From contig JAURGP010000003.1 of NCBI GenBank assembly GCA_030833725.1, positions 708 through 64,707 on the forward strand: a stretch of 64,000 nt of DNA, read 5' to 3'. Source of the DNA: Candidatus Kapaibacterium sp. GTDB lineage: Bacteria > Bacteroidota > Ignavibacteria > Kapaibacteriales > Kapaibacteriaceae. A program made the translations under genes and the position numbers. The notes below the pieces were generated by a model. The model saw only the letters and a program-made list of their open reading frames with translations, had not been told where the DNA came from and did not search any database. Below, piece after piece: positions 18,312 to 32,100 of the stretch. The stretch's first letter is position 1, and the number at the start of each line of letters is the position of its first letter.

Positions 18312-21300
18312 CTATGGCAGCCGAGCGCCGATTTTGATTTCCCACAGACGGGACTGTCGGGTGATGTTGCCCGAATTGTTTACCGTGTGGGAGAAGTCTG
18401 CGCGGAGGTACCGCAGGGCCTCTTCATCGCCGAGGACACTGAGTGGGATGGTAATGGTAAAGGTGCTGTTTCCCGACAGGTCGGCGATCTGGCCGGAGAC
18501 GCGATAACTGACGTCGCCGAAGAGCTGACCGCTGAGGGTAAGACGCGACTGGGCGAAGTCTGCACCGATGTCCAGTTGGGCATTCTGCACAAATACGCCA
18601 AGGTCGCTGATAACATCCGAAAGAGCCGAGGTTGCCACGGCACTCAGTGAGGTACTGACCTGCCCTACGAGATCTCCCTGTCCCTCGGAGAAGAGCTCGT
18701 CCTGCGTTCGACCCACGAGGATCAACATCAGTGCATCGCCGGCAACCTTGGCACTATCGCCCACCACCTCACGACCATTACGCCACACACGGTAGGCAAT
18801 CTTTGGCTTGTTCTTTGTGCCGGTGATGCCAAGCTCTACCTTGTACTCCTCCGTGCGCTCGTTCACGATCCTGCGATCCTCGTACGTTGCGGTGAGTTTG
18901 AGCGTTGGATTCGTAAGGCCCCCTGCCGAGAAGTTCAATTCGCCACTGGTCTTGAATGGTTTGTAGAACTTGTAGGTAGATGCCCCCTCTTTCACTCGCA
19001 CAGAGCCACGCAGATTGGTCGAGTTGTTGCCGAAGCTGCCAACAAACGTGAGCGGTACGTTACGGTCCACTTGCTCGAGATCGGCCACGAGAATCTCTAA
19101 TGGACCGAAGTTCATCGTCAGCAGTGTGCGCCCTTCGAGAAACACATTCAGGTCGAACTGCAACGCATCGACAAAGTCATTCGACTGCTCCTCGAGAATG
19201 GCACGCACAGCTTCTGTGGCTACGGTGGATAGTGTCTCCTGCGTTGGAGAGAGCGGCAGTGTGTCTACGGTTGGAAGGTCGCCCTGGGTATCAGCTGCCA
19301 CATCGAGAATACTACGCTGAGACGCTTGGGAGGGGGCTTCCCGCGAGTAGGAGAACAGCGTACGCCGCGCCTTGGTTGACGATCGTTCTTGGGGAAAGAT
19401 CACGTCGGCATATCGCACGATCATATCCCCCGTTAATCGCGGAGCGGTGAGTTTCCCAAACAGGCGGATCGGCTTGTCGCCCGTACGCACGACAAAGTCG
19501 CCAAAAAGCTGCGGGCTGCGTGCCTGGGAGGCCTTGCTCATCACCTTGACACCAGTTCTGGTTGTAGCGTGAACGACGAAGTCGATACTATCGGCACTCA
19601 ATCCATCAAACACCACCACACCACGCGCCAGTGCCGAGCCCCCTCGCAGATCGCGATCAAGGTTGTGCACCAACACAGAGTCGATGTGCAGGGTGTTATT
19701 GTCGAGATGAATTCTGCCCTGGGCTTGGTAGACGATGTTGGTCGCCGAAGCCAGGAACATGCCATTCGAAAACCAACCGTCACCCTTCAGCTGAATCTTC
19801 TCCGGGGTTCCGGATACGGTAATGGCCGCGTCTGCTACTCCCCGAACACTCTCTACTGCTGGCAGAAAGGGTTCCACGGCCGCAAGCGACAGGCTACGTG
19901 CCCGCAAGCCGAGGGAAATGGGCGCTGTAGTGTCCCAACGCGTTGACACATCCGTAAAACGAAGATCCAACGGCAGAGCGCCCACCGTGATATCCAGAGC
20001 ATGCTCCTGCTGCTTAGACGTAGGGTCTACAACAGAAGCCTGTCCGGTAATCGTGCCGTAGCGGTGCTGGAGCGCAGCGCTCAAAGTGCCAATGGGAGCA
20101 CGATTGTAAGTGATCTTCTCCGCCGACAGGTCTAACGTAATCTCTGGTTGTTCCCACGGACCGTCTACCACCACGTTAGCCGATGAGAGCTGCCCGTCAA
20201 GCAGCCGTACAGGATCGTCCGACGACAAGCTCAGGAATAGCGGGATCTCGTTTAACGGAAACGACTGCACAGACAGCCGCACGCTGTCGAGTGATCGTGA
20301 CGAGGCCGTGCCAGACACCGTAACCACTTCGCGTGCTGTACGTGCAAACGTCATGGATTTCACAACGCCAGTACCTCGTTGCATGGTGATGACGGCCGGC
20401 TGCTGCAAGAGCCACGTTAGTCCGCGAGCCGGCTTCAGGGAGTACGAGGCCGAGTCGATGGACAGCACCGTTCCGGTAGCTGTCGTGCGCAGCTGTCCGT
20501 GTACAGAGGCGGCCATGTCGTTTATGCCGGAGGCCGCATGTACGGATGCCTCGCCCTCCAGCTCGGAGATGTTGATGCGTGGCGACCTCAGCGTGAGATC
20601 ATTGATGCGCAGGACCGAATCACAAGAGCCCTCCAACTGGAGCAACGCGACGTGGGCATCATGTTGTAGATCTACGATCTCCAAGCGTGCTCGTGCTGAT
20701 GTGGGATCGGCATAGATGGTGGTACCGGGAGCTTCGATCTGTAATCCGTCCACATAGAACTGTGGCACATCAATCAGGACTTCCGTCGGTGTGGACCGCA
20801 CGCGCATGGAGAATCGCGCCGTCCCCGATACGCTCTCCTCAGCCAGCATCAGATTGATAGGACTCGTCTCGTAGAGATCCACGTCGATGCTGGCATCCAT
20901 CGCCTCGATGCCGATCACCAGCGAATCCTCCACGCTAACATCTGCCTGGAAATCCGCCAGCCGTTGATCAATCACTTCCTGTACCGCACCAACGGCACCG
21001 GACAGCGCCCGCACGAGCGACGATGGCACAAAGTCTCCATCGATGGAGACGGAGCCAAAATCCGAGCGCACCCGTACCGACCGACCGCGAACGGTGCTGG
21101 TTGAGAGCAGGTCGATGTTAAACGGGAGCAGAGCGCGATCGCGCAGCACCAGCATCGACACACGGCCATCCAGACTCCCATAGAGGTCATCCAGAGCGGC
21201 ACCTCGGCCGTTGAGGGTGAACCGTGCTGACAGCACGTTGGGCAGCGACGGCATCTCGAGCAACTCTGCGACGTTGAGATCCTGGGTACGAATCGTTGCC

Positions 21301-22964
21301 ATGTACCGTGGAAGCTCTGGATCGGCAACGTCCAGTTCCCCTGTCATGACAATGCGTTGCTCCGGAATCAGGTCTGGCACCGAATACAGCAGCACGGTAG
21401 GGTCAGTCTCGCCGACCAGCTCAGCAAACGGAGCCACGTTGGCATCGATCGTGTCAATTGTCAGGACGCCGGCACCATTGCCACGGACGACGGCCAGGAG
21501 GTCCGTTACCGGTTTACCAGCAATGGTCGAATGATGCAGCACAATGCGAGTGGTACCCTCCAAGTCCTGCAGCGTGGTACCACGTCCCTTCATCTGCACG
21601 CGCCCGTTGATCGCAGACGAAACGGCAGAATCACCGAACACCGAGAGATCACCCGCGCGGACCTCTGCATCCAAGTCGTAGCCAAGTATAGGCCGATCCA
21701 GCTGGAGGGTAAGCTGACCAACAACCTCACCTGGACGATCTTTTCCCCGAACATCAATCTTCAGAGCATGGTCCGGTTCTCCGGTGAGGCGCGCATAGTC
21801 CACCACTGTGCGGTCGAGGAAGGGCAGGTCTGGCAGTGGAACAAAGCTCAGACGCTTGCGGACATCAGCATACCGTGCCGACGACTTGTGGACGCGAACA
21901 TCGAGATGTAGGGGGCTTCCGTCAATGAGGTGATCAACGATCACCGTGCCATTCACCCGACCATCTCCCGCTTGCAGCCGCAGGTCAGAAACGGTCACGC
22001 GATTACCGTTGAAGCTGGCGCTTGCTTCCAACGCATAGGAGCCGTCGACGTCGATGTCCGGCAGGAAGTAGTGGACCTCCGGACCGGAGACAGCAGCAGC
22101 CTGTATCCGGGCTTGAATTCCCTCCCCTGTTCCGTCTAACTGCATCGTGGCCATCGTGGCCTCCGCACGCACATCGCTACCATCGGTTCGCAGATGCATA
22201 CCCGTGAGTGCAAGTCCCTGTGGACCGGCACGGAGCACGGCTGTGAGGTCGCGCAGGCGCAACGGCCCCCCTACTTGCTCACACTGCAGTTGATTGATCA
22301 CCACCAGATGATCTGTCCGCGCAGGATCCTTGGCAAAGCCCAATCGGACAAAGGCGTCGAGATGGAGGTTGGTTAGTTCCAGATGGGATGGTGAGAATGC
22401 CGAGGTATCTGGTTGTGGCATGGTACGATCGTTCACCGACACCCGAGCCCCTTCCAATCGCAGCGAACGCACGAGAACCGCCAGATCTGGAGAAGCCGAT
22501 GTGGACGTGTCACTGGACGGCCGCACAATCCTCTCGAAGTTCCAAACGCCGGATGGATCTCGATCGATCGTGATCACCGGACGTTGGATCGACAGCTCGG
22601 ACACGGAGACTCCTCCATGCAGCAATGCCGCTAGGTTGTACGAGAGCGTAAGTTGTTCGGCGGTGACAACCGAGGTTCCATTGGCGCGCAACTCGACACC
22701 ACGCAGAACCATGCCGTGCAACAGGTCGAGGTGAACCGACTGAATCGACAGGTCGGCAAGCAGGGCCTCGTTGGCGGCGTTCACAAGCATTGCCGTAAAC
22801 CAACGACGAGCGGCCCCGGTGTGAGCTACCGCCACCACCAGGGCCGCCAGAAGAAGAAGTCCCCCTACACCGCGATAGCACCAGATCAGAAGTCCGCTCC
22901 AGAATGCAGTAGCCCCGCCACGCTTCGGAGGCGCGGGCTGCTGCTCTGGTACGATCTCACTCAC
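18312..22964 (-). CDS. tamB: translocation and assembly module protein TamB-like (DUF490 C-terminus)
   Basis: 1550 aa. Single N-terminal transmembrane anchor, a long beta-rich body, and a C-terminal region typical of TamB/AsmA-like proteins. Confidence 0.75.
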   Translation of the reverse strand: MSEIVPEQQPAPPKRGGATAFWSGLLIWCYRGVGGLLLLAALVVAVAHTGAARRWFTAMLVNAANEALLADLSIQSVHLDLLHGMVLRGVELRANGTSVVTAEQLTLSYNLAALLHGGVSVSELSIQRPVITIDRDPSGVWNFERIVRPSSDTSTSASPDLAVLVRSLRLEGARVSVNDRTMPQPDTSAFSPSHLELTNLHLDAFVRLGFAKDPARTDHLVVINQLQCEQVGGPLRLRDLTAVLRAGPQGLALTGMHLRTDGSDVRAEATMATMQLDGTGEGIQARIQAAAVSGPEVHYFLPDIDVDGSYALEASASFNGNRVTVSDLRLQAGDGRVNGTVIVDHLIDGSPLHLDVRVHKSSARYADVRKRLSFVPLPDLPFLDRTVVDYARLTGEPDHALKIDVRGKDRPGEVVGQLTLQLDRPILGYDLDAEVRAGDLSVFGDSAVSSAINGRVQMKGRGTTLQDLEGTTRIVLHHSTIAGKPVTDLLAVVRGNGAGVLTIDTIDANVAPFAELVGETDPTVLLYSVPDLIPEQRIVMTGELDVADPELPRYMATIRTQDLNVAELLEMPSLPNVLSARFTLNGRGAALDDLYGSLDGRVSMLVLRDRALLPFNIDLLSTSTVRGRSVRVRSDFGSVSIDGDFVPSSLVRALSGAVGAVQEVIDQRLADFQADVSVEDSLVIGIEAMDASIDVDLYETSPINLMLAEESVSGTARFSMRVRSTPTEVLIDVPQFYVDGLQIEAPGTTIYADPTSARARLEIVDLQHDAHVALLQLEGSCDSVLRINDLTLRSPRINISELEGEASVHAASGINDMAASVHGQLRTTATGTVLSIDSASYSLKPARGLTWLLQQPAVITMQRGTGVVKSMTFARTAREVVTVSGTASSRSLDSVRLSVQSFPLNEIPLFLSLSSDDPVRLLDGQLSSANVVVDGPWEQPEITLDLSAEKITYNRAPIGTLSAALQHRYGTITGQASVVDPTSKQQEHALDITVGALPLDLRFTDVSTRWDTTAPISLGLRARSLSLAAVEPFLPAVESVRGVADAAITVSGTPEKIQLKGDGWFSNGMFLASATNIVYQAQGRIHLDNNTLHIDSVLVHNLDRDLRGGSALARGVVVFDGLSADSIDFVVHATTRTGVKVMSKASQARSPQLFGDFVVRTGDKPIRLFGKLTAPRLTGDMIVRYADVIFPQERSSTKARRTLFSYSREAPSQASQRSILDVAADTQGDLPTVDTLPLSPTQETLSTVATEAVRAILEEQSNDFVDALQFDLNVFLEGRTLLTMNFGPLEILVADLEQVDRNVPLTFVGSFGNNSTNLRGSVRVKEGASTYKFYKPFKTSGELNFSAGGLTNPTLKLTATYEDRRIVNERTEEYKVELGITGTKNKPKIAYRVWRNGREVVGDSAKVAGDALMLILVGRTQDELFSEGQGDLVGQVSTSLSAVATSALSDVISDLGVFVQNAQLDIGADFAQSRLTLSGQLFGDVSYRVSGQIADLSGNSTFTITIPLSVLGDEEALRYLRADFSHTVNNSGNITRQSRLWEIKIGARLP

Positions 22965-24342
22965 CCTGGGCCTTGGAGTAGCGTGGTTCGCTGTTGCAGG
23001 TATTCAGAAGTTCTACGTGGCACCACCGAATGCCCTTCTCCTCCAGAGCGTGCAGCACGGAGAGCACGTCGGCCGTGGTCACCGGTCCCGTGGACGAGGT
23101 GTAGCGGCAGCGATGATGGTCCACGATCATGATATCGGGCTGCGGACCCGGATACACCTTGGTTCCGCGGTTAGACATCATCGTGAGTTGGAGCGACCCA
23201 ACCGTTGGAGGAACCGGTGGCAAACCACCTGGCCACTCAACGAAGACGTCGGCACCTACCAGCGTCCAGTCCTCCTTGGTGTCGGCCGGCACAGGATGCG
23301 TCACGCGCACCGGCTGATCAGACACCGTCTCTTCGTGACGAACCGGATGCATGTTGGCGATGATGGCATCGGTAAACTCCGTGGTAGACAGCGAGCCGCC
23401 CAGATCGCGCGTGCGCTGACCGTCAGCAAGCGTCTTCATCAGCGCATCACTGACAACGTCGGCATAGTTGTACAGACCCATGTACTGAAGCATCTGTACA
23501 GCCGACAGCAACAGTGCTGTAGGATTAGCCAGGTTCTTGCCAGCAATGTCTGGAGCTGAACCGTGTACCGCTTCAAATACAGCTACGTCGCGTCCGATGT
23601 TGCCACCGGGTGCCACGCCCAAGCCCCCTACTAGTCCAGCGCACAAATCGCTCACGATATCGCCGAACAGGTTTGGCAGTACCAACATGTCGAATTGCTC
23701 TGGCTTGGATACGAGCTGCATGCAACAGTTGTCCACGATCACGTCGTCGGCCTCGATGTCCGTGTACTCCGCAGCTACTTGACGGAAGCACTCCAGGAAC
23801 AAGCCATCGGTAATCTTCATGATGTTGGCTTTGTGCACAGCCGTCACGCGCTTGCGTCCTAGCTTGCGCGCCGTTTCAAACGCATAGCGAGCAATGGCCA
23901 GCGAGCCTTGACGCGTGATGAGCTTCAAGCACTGAGCAACGTTCGGCGTCTGGAAGTGCTCGATACCGCCGTACGTGTCCTCGATATTTTCACGAATCAC
24001 GAGAAGGTCGATGTTCTCGTAGCGGGAGGGGGCTCCCGGTATCGTGCGCGCCGGACGAACGTTCGCATACAGCTCAAGCGTTTTCCGGATCGTAACGTTC
24101 ACGGACTTGTGTCCTCCGCCAACGGGTGTGGTGGTCGGCCCTTTGATGGCCACTCCGTTACGCTTGATACTCTCGAGCGTTTCCGGTGGCACACCGTTGC
24201 CGAACTTTTCGATGGCCTCTAGGCCAGCAATGGCCTCCTCGAACTCCACGGGAACGTTCGCTGCGTTGAAGATGCGGATCAATGCATCTGCAATCTCGGG
24301 GCCGATGCCGTCGCCTTTGATCAGGGTGACTGTGTGTTTCAT
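22957..24342 (-). CDS. icd: isocitrate dehydrogenase (IDH3/NAD-type isocitrate-isopropylmalate dehydrogenase fold) with ~130-aa C-terminal extension
   Basis: 461 aa. N-terminus MKHTVTLIKGDGIGPEI, plus NLFGDIVSDL and GSAPDIAGKN motifs. The core ends near residue 331. Confidence 0.85.
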   Translation of the reverse strand: MKHTVTLIKGDGIGPEIADALIRIFNAANVPVEFEEAIAGLEAIEKFGNGVPPETLESIKRNGVAIKGPTTTPVGGGHKSVNVTIRKTLELYANVRPARTIPGAPSRYENIDLLVIRENIEDTYGGIEHFQTPNVAQCLKLITRQGSLAIARYAFETARKLGRKRVTAVHKANIMKITDGLFLECFRQVAAEYTDIEADDVIVDNCCMQLVSKPEQFDMLVLPNLFGDIVSDLCAGLVGGLGVAPGGNIGRDVAVFEAVHGSAPDIAGKNLANPTALLLSAVQMLQYMGLYNYADVVSDALMKTLADGQRTRDLGGSLSTTEFTDAIIANMHPVRHEETVSDQPVRVTHPVPADTKEDWTLVGADVFVEWPGGLPPVPPTVGSLQLTMMSNRGTKVYPGPQPDIMIVDHHRCRYTSSTGPVTTADVLSVLHALEEKGIRWCHVELLNTCNSEPRYSKAQGE

Positions 24343-24387
24343 GGTGTCAGATGTGGTAGGAATGATGGTGTGACGTAGCGGAGTTGC

Positions 24388-25560
24388 TTACACAAGTTCA
24401 ATGATGATGGCACTGGCTTCGCCACCACCGATGCAGAGTGTCGCCAGGCCCGTCTTCTTGCCATGAGCGCGCAGGGCGTGTACCAGCGTGGTGAGCACAC
24501 GTGCTCCTGACGCACCAATGGGGTGTCCCAGTGCAACAGCTCCACCGTGAACGTTGACCTTGCTGTGCGGAATGTCCAGCGCCTGCTGTGCCGCGAGAGT
24601 CACGACGGCAAATGCCTCGTTGATTTCAAACAGGTCGATGTCAGCCACGCTCATGCCCGCCTTAGCCGTCACCTTGCGGATCGCTTCGATGGGAGCCGAG
24701 GTGAACTCCATCGGAGCGTGAGCATACGAGGCTTGTGCAACAATGCGTGCCATTGGCTTCAGGTTGTGGGTGGTTAGGGCTGCTTCCGATGCAATCACCA
24801 AGGCCGCTGCACCATCGTTGATGGTGGAGGCATTGGCAGCCGTAACCGTACCGTCCTTCGTGAACACGGGTTTGAGCGAGGCGATCTTGTCAAACTGAAC
24901 TCGACCAGGTTCTTCGTCCGTGTCAACAATCGTATCGCCCTTGCGTCCGGCGATGGTCACTGGAGCAAGTTCCGCTGCGAACCGACCCTCGGCAATGGCG
25001 GCTTGGGCTCGCTTGTAGGACTCAATGGTGAAGGCATCCTGCTCTTCCCGGCTGATATTGCACGTAGTGGCGCAGAGATCTGCGGCATTACCCATGGGGA
25101 CCTGGTTGTACACCTCCCATAGACCATCCCATTGCATGAGATCAACCATGCGAGCATCACCGAACTTCACCCCCTTGCGAGAGTCGAGCATGGCATGCGG
25201 AGCGTTGGTCATTGACTCCTGACCTCCAGCTACCACAACGTGGGCATCGCCGCAGCGGATGGCCTGGTCGGCCAGCATCACAGACTTCAATCCGGAGCCA
25301 CAGACCTTGTTAATCGTCATACAGGCAGTGTGCTTGGACAGCCCAGCAAAGATGGCAGCTTGACGCGCCGGAGCCTGTCCAACACCCCCGGTCAACACGT
25401 TTCCCATGATCACTTCATCAACGTGATTCGGATCAAGATTGGCGCGCTCCACGGCGGCCTTGATCGCCACGGCACCGAGTTGCGGAGCCGACAGCGAGCT
25501 CAGTGATCCCAGTAGTGCCCCAATGGGCGTGCGAACTGCAGAGATGATGTACGATGACAT
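24388..25560 (-). CDS. acetyl-CoA C-acetyltransferase (thiolase II)
   Basis: Real start MSSYIISAVRTPIG at ATG 25558-25560. Motifs NKVCGSGLK, NVHGGAVALGHPIGASG and CIGGGEA. 390 aa. Confidence 0.93.
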   Translation of the reverse strand: MSSYIISAVRTPIGALLGSLSSLSAPQLGAVAIKAAVERANLDPNHVDEVIMGNVLTGGVGQAPARQAAIFAGLSKHTACMTINKVCGSGLKSVMLADQAIRCGDAHVVVAGGQESMTNAPHAMLDSRKGVKFGDARMVDLMQWDGLWEVYNQVPMGNAADLCATTCNISREEQDAFTIESYKRAQAAIAEGRFAAELAPVTIAGRKGDTIVDTDEEPGRVQFDKIASLKPVFTKDGTVTAANASTINDGAAALVIASEAALTTHNLKPMARIVAQASYAHAPMEFTSAPIEAIRKVTAKAGMSVADIDLFEINEAFAVVTLAAQQALDIPHSKVNVHGGAVALGHPIGASGARVLTTLVHALRAHGKKTGLATLCIGGGEASAIIIELV

Positions 25561-25611
25561 GATAGACTTTCTAGGATGAAGGGGTTCCTGGTTGTACCTG
25601 AGTACCAGTGG

Positions 25612-25619
25612 CAAAAATA
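25612..25619 (-). promoter_or_regulatory. candidate -7 box TATTTTTG for the thiolase-icd-tamB transcription unit
   Basis: Exact TAnnTTTG on the minus strand, 52 nt upstream of the ATG at 25560. Confidence 0.4.
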
Positions 25620-25671
25620 CCATGTGGAAAGTTGTGAGCCATTCATGTATGGCGACTTTACCCCGAATCTC

Positions 25672-25679
25672 TATTTTTG
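25672..25679 (+). promoter_or_regulatory. candidate -7 box TATTTTTG for atpDC
   Basis: Exact TAnnTTTG, 65 nt upstream of the atpD ATG. Confidence 0.4.
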
Positions 25680-25704
25680 CAGGTCGTTTTGTTACCGTGA
25701 TCTC

Positions 25705-25728
25705 CAAAGTCATCTCCCAAGTCATCTC
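25705..25728. repeat. 12-bp tandem duplication in the atpD leader
   Basis: caaagtcatctc (25705-25716) and ccaagtcatctc (25717-25728). Confidence 0.85.
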
Positions 25729-25734
25729 ATTTAA

Positions 25735-27575
<1,841 letters not shown>

Positions 27576-27581
27576 GGGTAA

Positions 27582-29054
<1,473 letters not shown>

Positions 29055-29056
29055 CC

Positions 29057-30160
29057 ATGCCATCGGTATCCCTCACAGCAGCAGCGGCCGCGCGCGTTGC
29101 CGACGTACGTGCATCCATGCGCTCGCACAAGATCGACGGTCTGGTGATCACTGATCTGCCAAGCATTCGCTACCTGTTTGGGTTCTCGGGTTCGTCGGCC
29201 GTGGTGATCCTTGGACGCAAGACCGCGACGTTCATCACCAACGACCTCTACACCGTACAAGTGGAGCAGGAAGTGGTGAAGCTTCCCGGCACACGGATCG
29301 TGATTGACCGTAACGTGTGGTCGGCTGTCAAGCAAGCGGGTGTTGGATCTTCAATGAAGGTTGTGGGCTACGATGCCAGCCGTACCACCGTTGCTGCACT
29401 GCCCGTCATGAAGAAGGCGTTGGCACCTGCCAAGCTTGTGGACGTTGGCGATCTACTGAGCCCGGTGACCCAGGTAAAAACAAAGGCAGAAATCACATCG
29501 ATCAGCAAGGCAGCAGCTATCGCATCAGCAGCCTATGAACGGATGCTTGGCATCGTTTCTGCCGGCATGACAGAGCACCAGGTGGCCACCTACCTTGCAG
29601 CGACGACTCGTGAGTTGGGTTCGGAGAAAGATGCCTTCGACATCATCGTTGTGGCTGGAGCACGCAGCGCGATGCCGCATGGTCGGGCCTCCCACGCAAA
29701 AATCAAGCGTGGCGATGTTGTCACGGTGGACTTCGGATGTACCGTGAACGGACTCCACAGTGATATGACCCGCACCTTCTGCGTTGGTGTGCCGCGCAAG
29801 GATGTTGTTGACGTCTTTGCCGTCCTGTACGATGCGCACCTGAACGCCCTGGATGCCGCTGTTGCGGGCGTTGGTGCAGCCGCGCTAGACGCAGCCGCAC
29901 GCTCGATCATCGAGCGTGCCGGCTACGGTGAGTGTTTCAAACACTCGCTTGGACATGGCCTTGGCTATGAAGTGCACGAGCACCCACGGATCTCATGGGC
30001 AAACAAGGATGGTGTGGTGCTCGAAAACTCCGTGATTACGATCGAACCAGGCATCTACCTGCCCGGACGATTCGGTATGCGCATCGAGGACGACGTCCTT
30101 GTTCGTCGTAACGGATCGAAGATCCTCACAACAGCTCCCCGTGAGCTAGTGGTTGTATAG
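29057..30160 (+). CDS. pepP: M24-family Xaa-Pro aminopeptidase
   Basis: ORF trimmed to ATG 29057 (MPSVSLTAAA). Metal ligands in the DFG...D, HGLGH, EPG and E..V contexts. Confidence 0.85.
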   Translation: MPSVSLTAAAAARVADVRASMRSHKIDGLVITDLPSIRYLFGFSGSSAVVILGRKTATFITNDLYTVQVEQEVVKLPGTRIVIDRNVWSAVKQAGVGSSMKVVGYDASRTTVAALPVMKKALAPAKLVDVGDLLSPVTQVKTKAEITSISKAAAIASAAYERMLGIVSAGMTEHQVATYLAATTRELGSEKDAFDIIVVAGARSAMPHGRASHAKIKRGDVVTVDFGCTVNGLHSDMTRTFCVGVPRKDVVDVFAVLYDAHLNALDAAVAGVGAAALDAAARSIIERAGYGECFKHSLGHGLGYEVHEHPRISWANKDGVVLENSVITIEPGIYLPGRFGMRIEDDVLVRRNGSKILTTAPRELVVV

Positions 30161-30173
30161 AGTTCCCTATCGA

Positions 30174-31466
30174 ATGACACCGCACACTGTTCTCGTGCTG
30201 GCGTACTACTTCCCGCCGATGGGGTTGAGCGGCGTGCAGCGCATCGCAAAGTTTGTCAAGTACCTCCCCGATTTTGGCTGGCAACCCCACGTGCTTACCA
30301 CGGGACCTACGGCCTATTATGCCCACGATCCTTCCCTGCTGGAAGAGTTTCACGGTAGGGACATTGTCGTAACACGCACAACTGGATCGGATCCGAACAG
30401 CACGCTCGCCGCAAAGGGTACGATGAAGATGCCGCGGGAAAGCGTCCGTAAGGCGCTGAGTGCCATCAGCAATACGCTGATCATTCCCGACAACAAGCGT
30501 GGATGGGCCCGACGCGCCTATACCGTTGCAAAGGAGCTGATGCAGACGGCAGACTTCGACATGATCTTTGTGTCCGGACCGCCCTTCTCTGCCATGATGG
30601 CCGGTGCCCAGCTGAGTTCGGAGACGGGAATTCCTCTGGTGGTAGACTATCGAGACCTCTGGTACGGCAATCAGTTCCACACGTATCCAACCGTGTGGCA
30701 CCGGCAGCAACACCAGAAGATGGAGCACCATGTATTGGCTCGGGCCTCGAAGATTACCTGTACGAATCGGCGCATCAAAGAGAAGCTGCTGAACACCTAC
30801 CGGCACCTCGAGTTCAACGATGTGGTCATCCTGCCTCACGGATATGATCTGGATGATCTGCGCTCAACGCAGCCCCGGCCCGCTGGTGATCCGTCCACGG
30901 GAACGGCATTTCGCCTGACCTACACCGGGATCTTCTACGATGTGGTCACGCCAATTCCGATGTTCAAAGCCGTGCGAAAGCTACAGCAAACGCGTCCGGA
31001 GATGCGTCTGGAGTTGCACTTCGCCGGCATCCTTCGCGACGAATACAAGCGATCCGCAAAGCGCATGGGCCTGGATGGCATCGTGGTCGATCATGGCTAC
31101 CTGCCACACCGTGAATCCGTACAACTGTGCCAGGAATCCGATGCCCTGTGGATGATGGTGGGCCACACGCGCAATGCCGATACCATCTCCAGCGGTAAAC
31201 TCTACGAATACTTCGGAACCAGGAAACCGCTCCTCGTGTCGGTTCCGGAGGGGGCTCTCCGCAAGGATGCCGAGCGCTATGGAGCTGCTTGGCTTACAGA
31301 GCCGGATGATGTCGAGGCCATCGCCACAGCGATTTCCGAGATGTACGACCAATGGAAGAACCGGAGGGTTGTGCAACCTGATGCCGATGTGGTGGCATCG
31401 TTTGACCGGCGCACCATTACAGGCGACCTCGCTCGTGTCCTTGCCGGCTGTCTACGTGTGACATGA
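30174..31466 (+). CDS. glycosyltransferase (GT4-like)
   Basis: Starts MTPHTVLVLAYYFPPMGLSGVQR..., typical of GT-B glycosyltransferases. The start is uncertain (TTG 30153 or ATG 30174). Confidence 0.65.
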   Translation: MTPHTVLVLAYYFPPMGLSGVQRIAKFVKYLPDFGWQPHVLTTGPTAYYAHDPSLLEEFHGRDIVVTRTTGSDPNSTLAAKGTMKMPRESVRKALSAISNTLIIPDNKRGWARRAYTVAKELMQTADFDMIFVSGPPFSAMMAGAQLSSETGIPLVVDYRDLWYGNQFHTYPTVWHRQQHQKMEHHVLARASKITCTNRRIKEKLLNTYRHLEFNDVVILPHGYDLDDLRSTQPRPAGDPSTGTAFRLTYTGIFYDVVTPIPMFKAVRKLQQTRPEMRLELHFAGILRDEYKRSAKRMGLDGIVVDHGYLPHRESVQLCQESDALWMMVGHTRNADTISSGKLYEYFGTRKPLLVSVPEGALRKDAERYGAAWLTEPDDVEAIATAISEMYDQWKNRRVVQPDADVVASFDRRTITGDLARVLAGCLRVT

Positions 31467-32087
31467 CGCGTCGCCGCACTGCTGACCTCGTGCCTTAGCG
31501 AAGCACTCTCGTCCCTCTTGCCAAGAGTACCATGCCAGTCCCAGTGCTCCCAGAGCATCCACATACCCAATGCCGGTAACGTAGTAGATCGCACTCGACG
31601 CCAGCAAGATCACCGACATCCGGAGGCACACACGCGAGCAGTTCGCATCAGCAATGATGGGAGCACTACTCAAGGCGGTACCAACCGTGGTCTTGGCTCG
31701 AATCAGGGCCCACATAAAGCTGATGGAGATCACGGAAATCACCACACCAGGCAGCGTGTTCTCGGGAGCATGACCATACACCACGGAGAGCACTGCCGTA
31801 GCAACAAGAACAACAACCAGCGCATAGAAGGCCGAACCGGTGATCCGTAAGGCCGTGCGCTCGAACTGGTCTCGATCGGCTGCACCATGCTTCCGTAACC
31901 GACCGATATAGTGTACGATACCGATGGCCGATACCACTTCGATCATGGAGTCGGCGCCAAATCCGAACAAGGTGACAGCTTCATCTTCGAGGCCAAACCA
32001 CATGGAGATATAGCCCTCAAGAACGTTGTAGGCTACAGTAGCCACTGCCAGCCACCACGCCCGATTCCATAGGCTTGCCGTATTCAT
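31452..32087 (-). CDS. cation-efflux (CDF) family membrane protein, transmembrane domain only
   Basis: ORF trimmed to MNTASLWNRAWW (ATG 32085-32087). 211 aa, about 5-6 transmembrane helices, and a C-terminal CGDASCH. Confidence 0.6.
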   Translation of the reverse strand: MNTASLWNRAWWLAVATVAYNVLEGYISMWFGLEDEAVTLFGFGADSMIEVVSAIGIVHYIGRLRKHGAADRDQFERTALRITGSAFYALVVVLVATAVLSVVYGHAPENTLPGVVISVISISFMWALIRAKTTVGTALSSAPIIADANCSRVCLRMSVILLASSAIYYVTGIGYVDALGALGLAWYSWQEGRECFAKARGQQCGDASCHT

Positions 32088-32100
32088 GACTGCGATTCCG

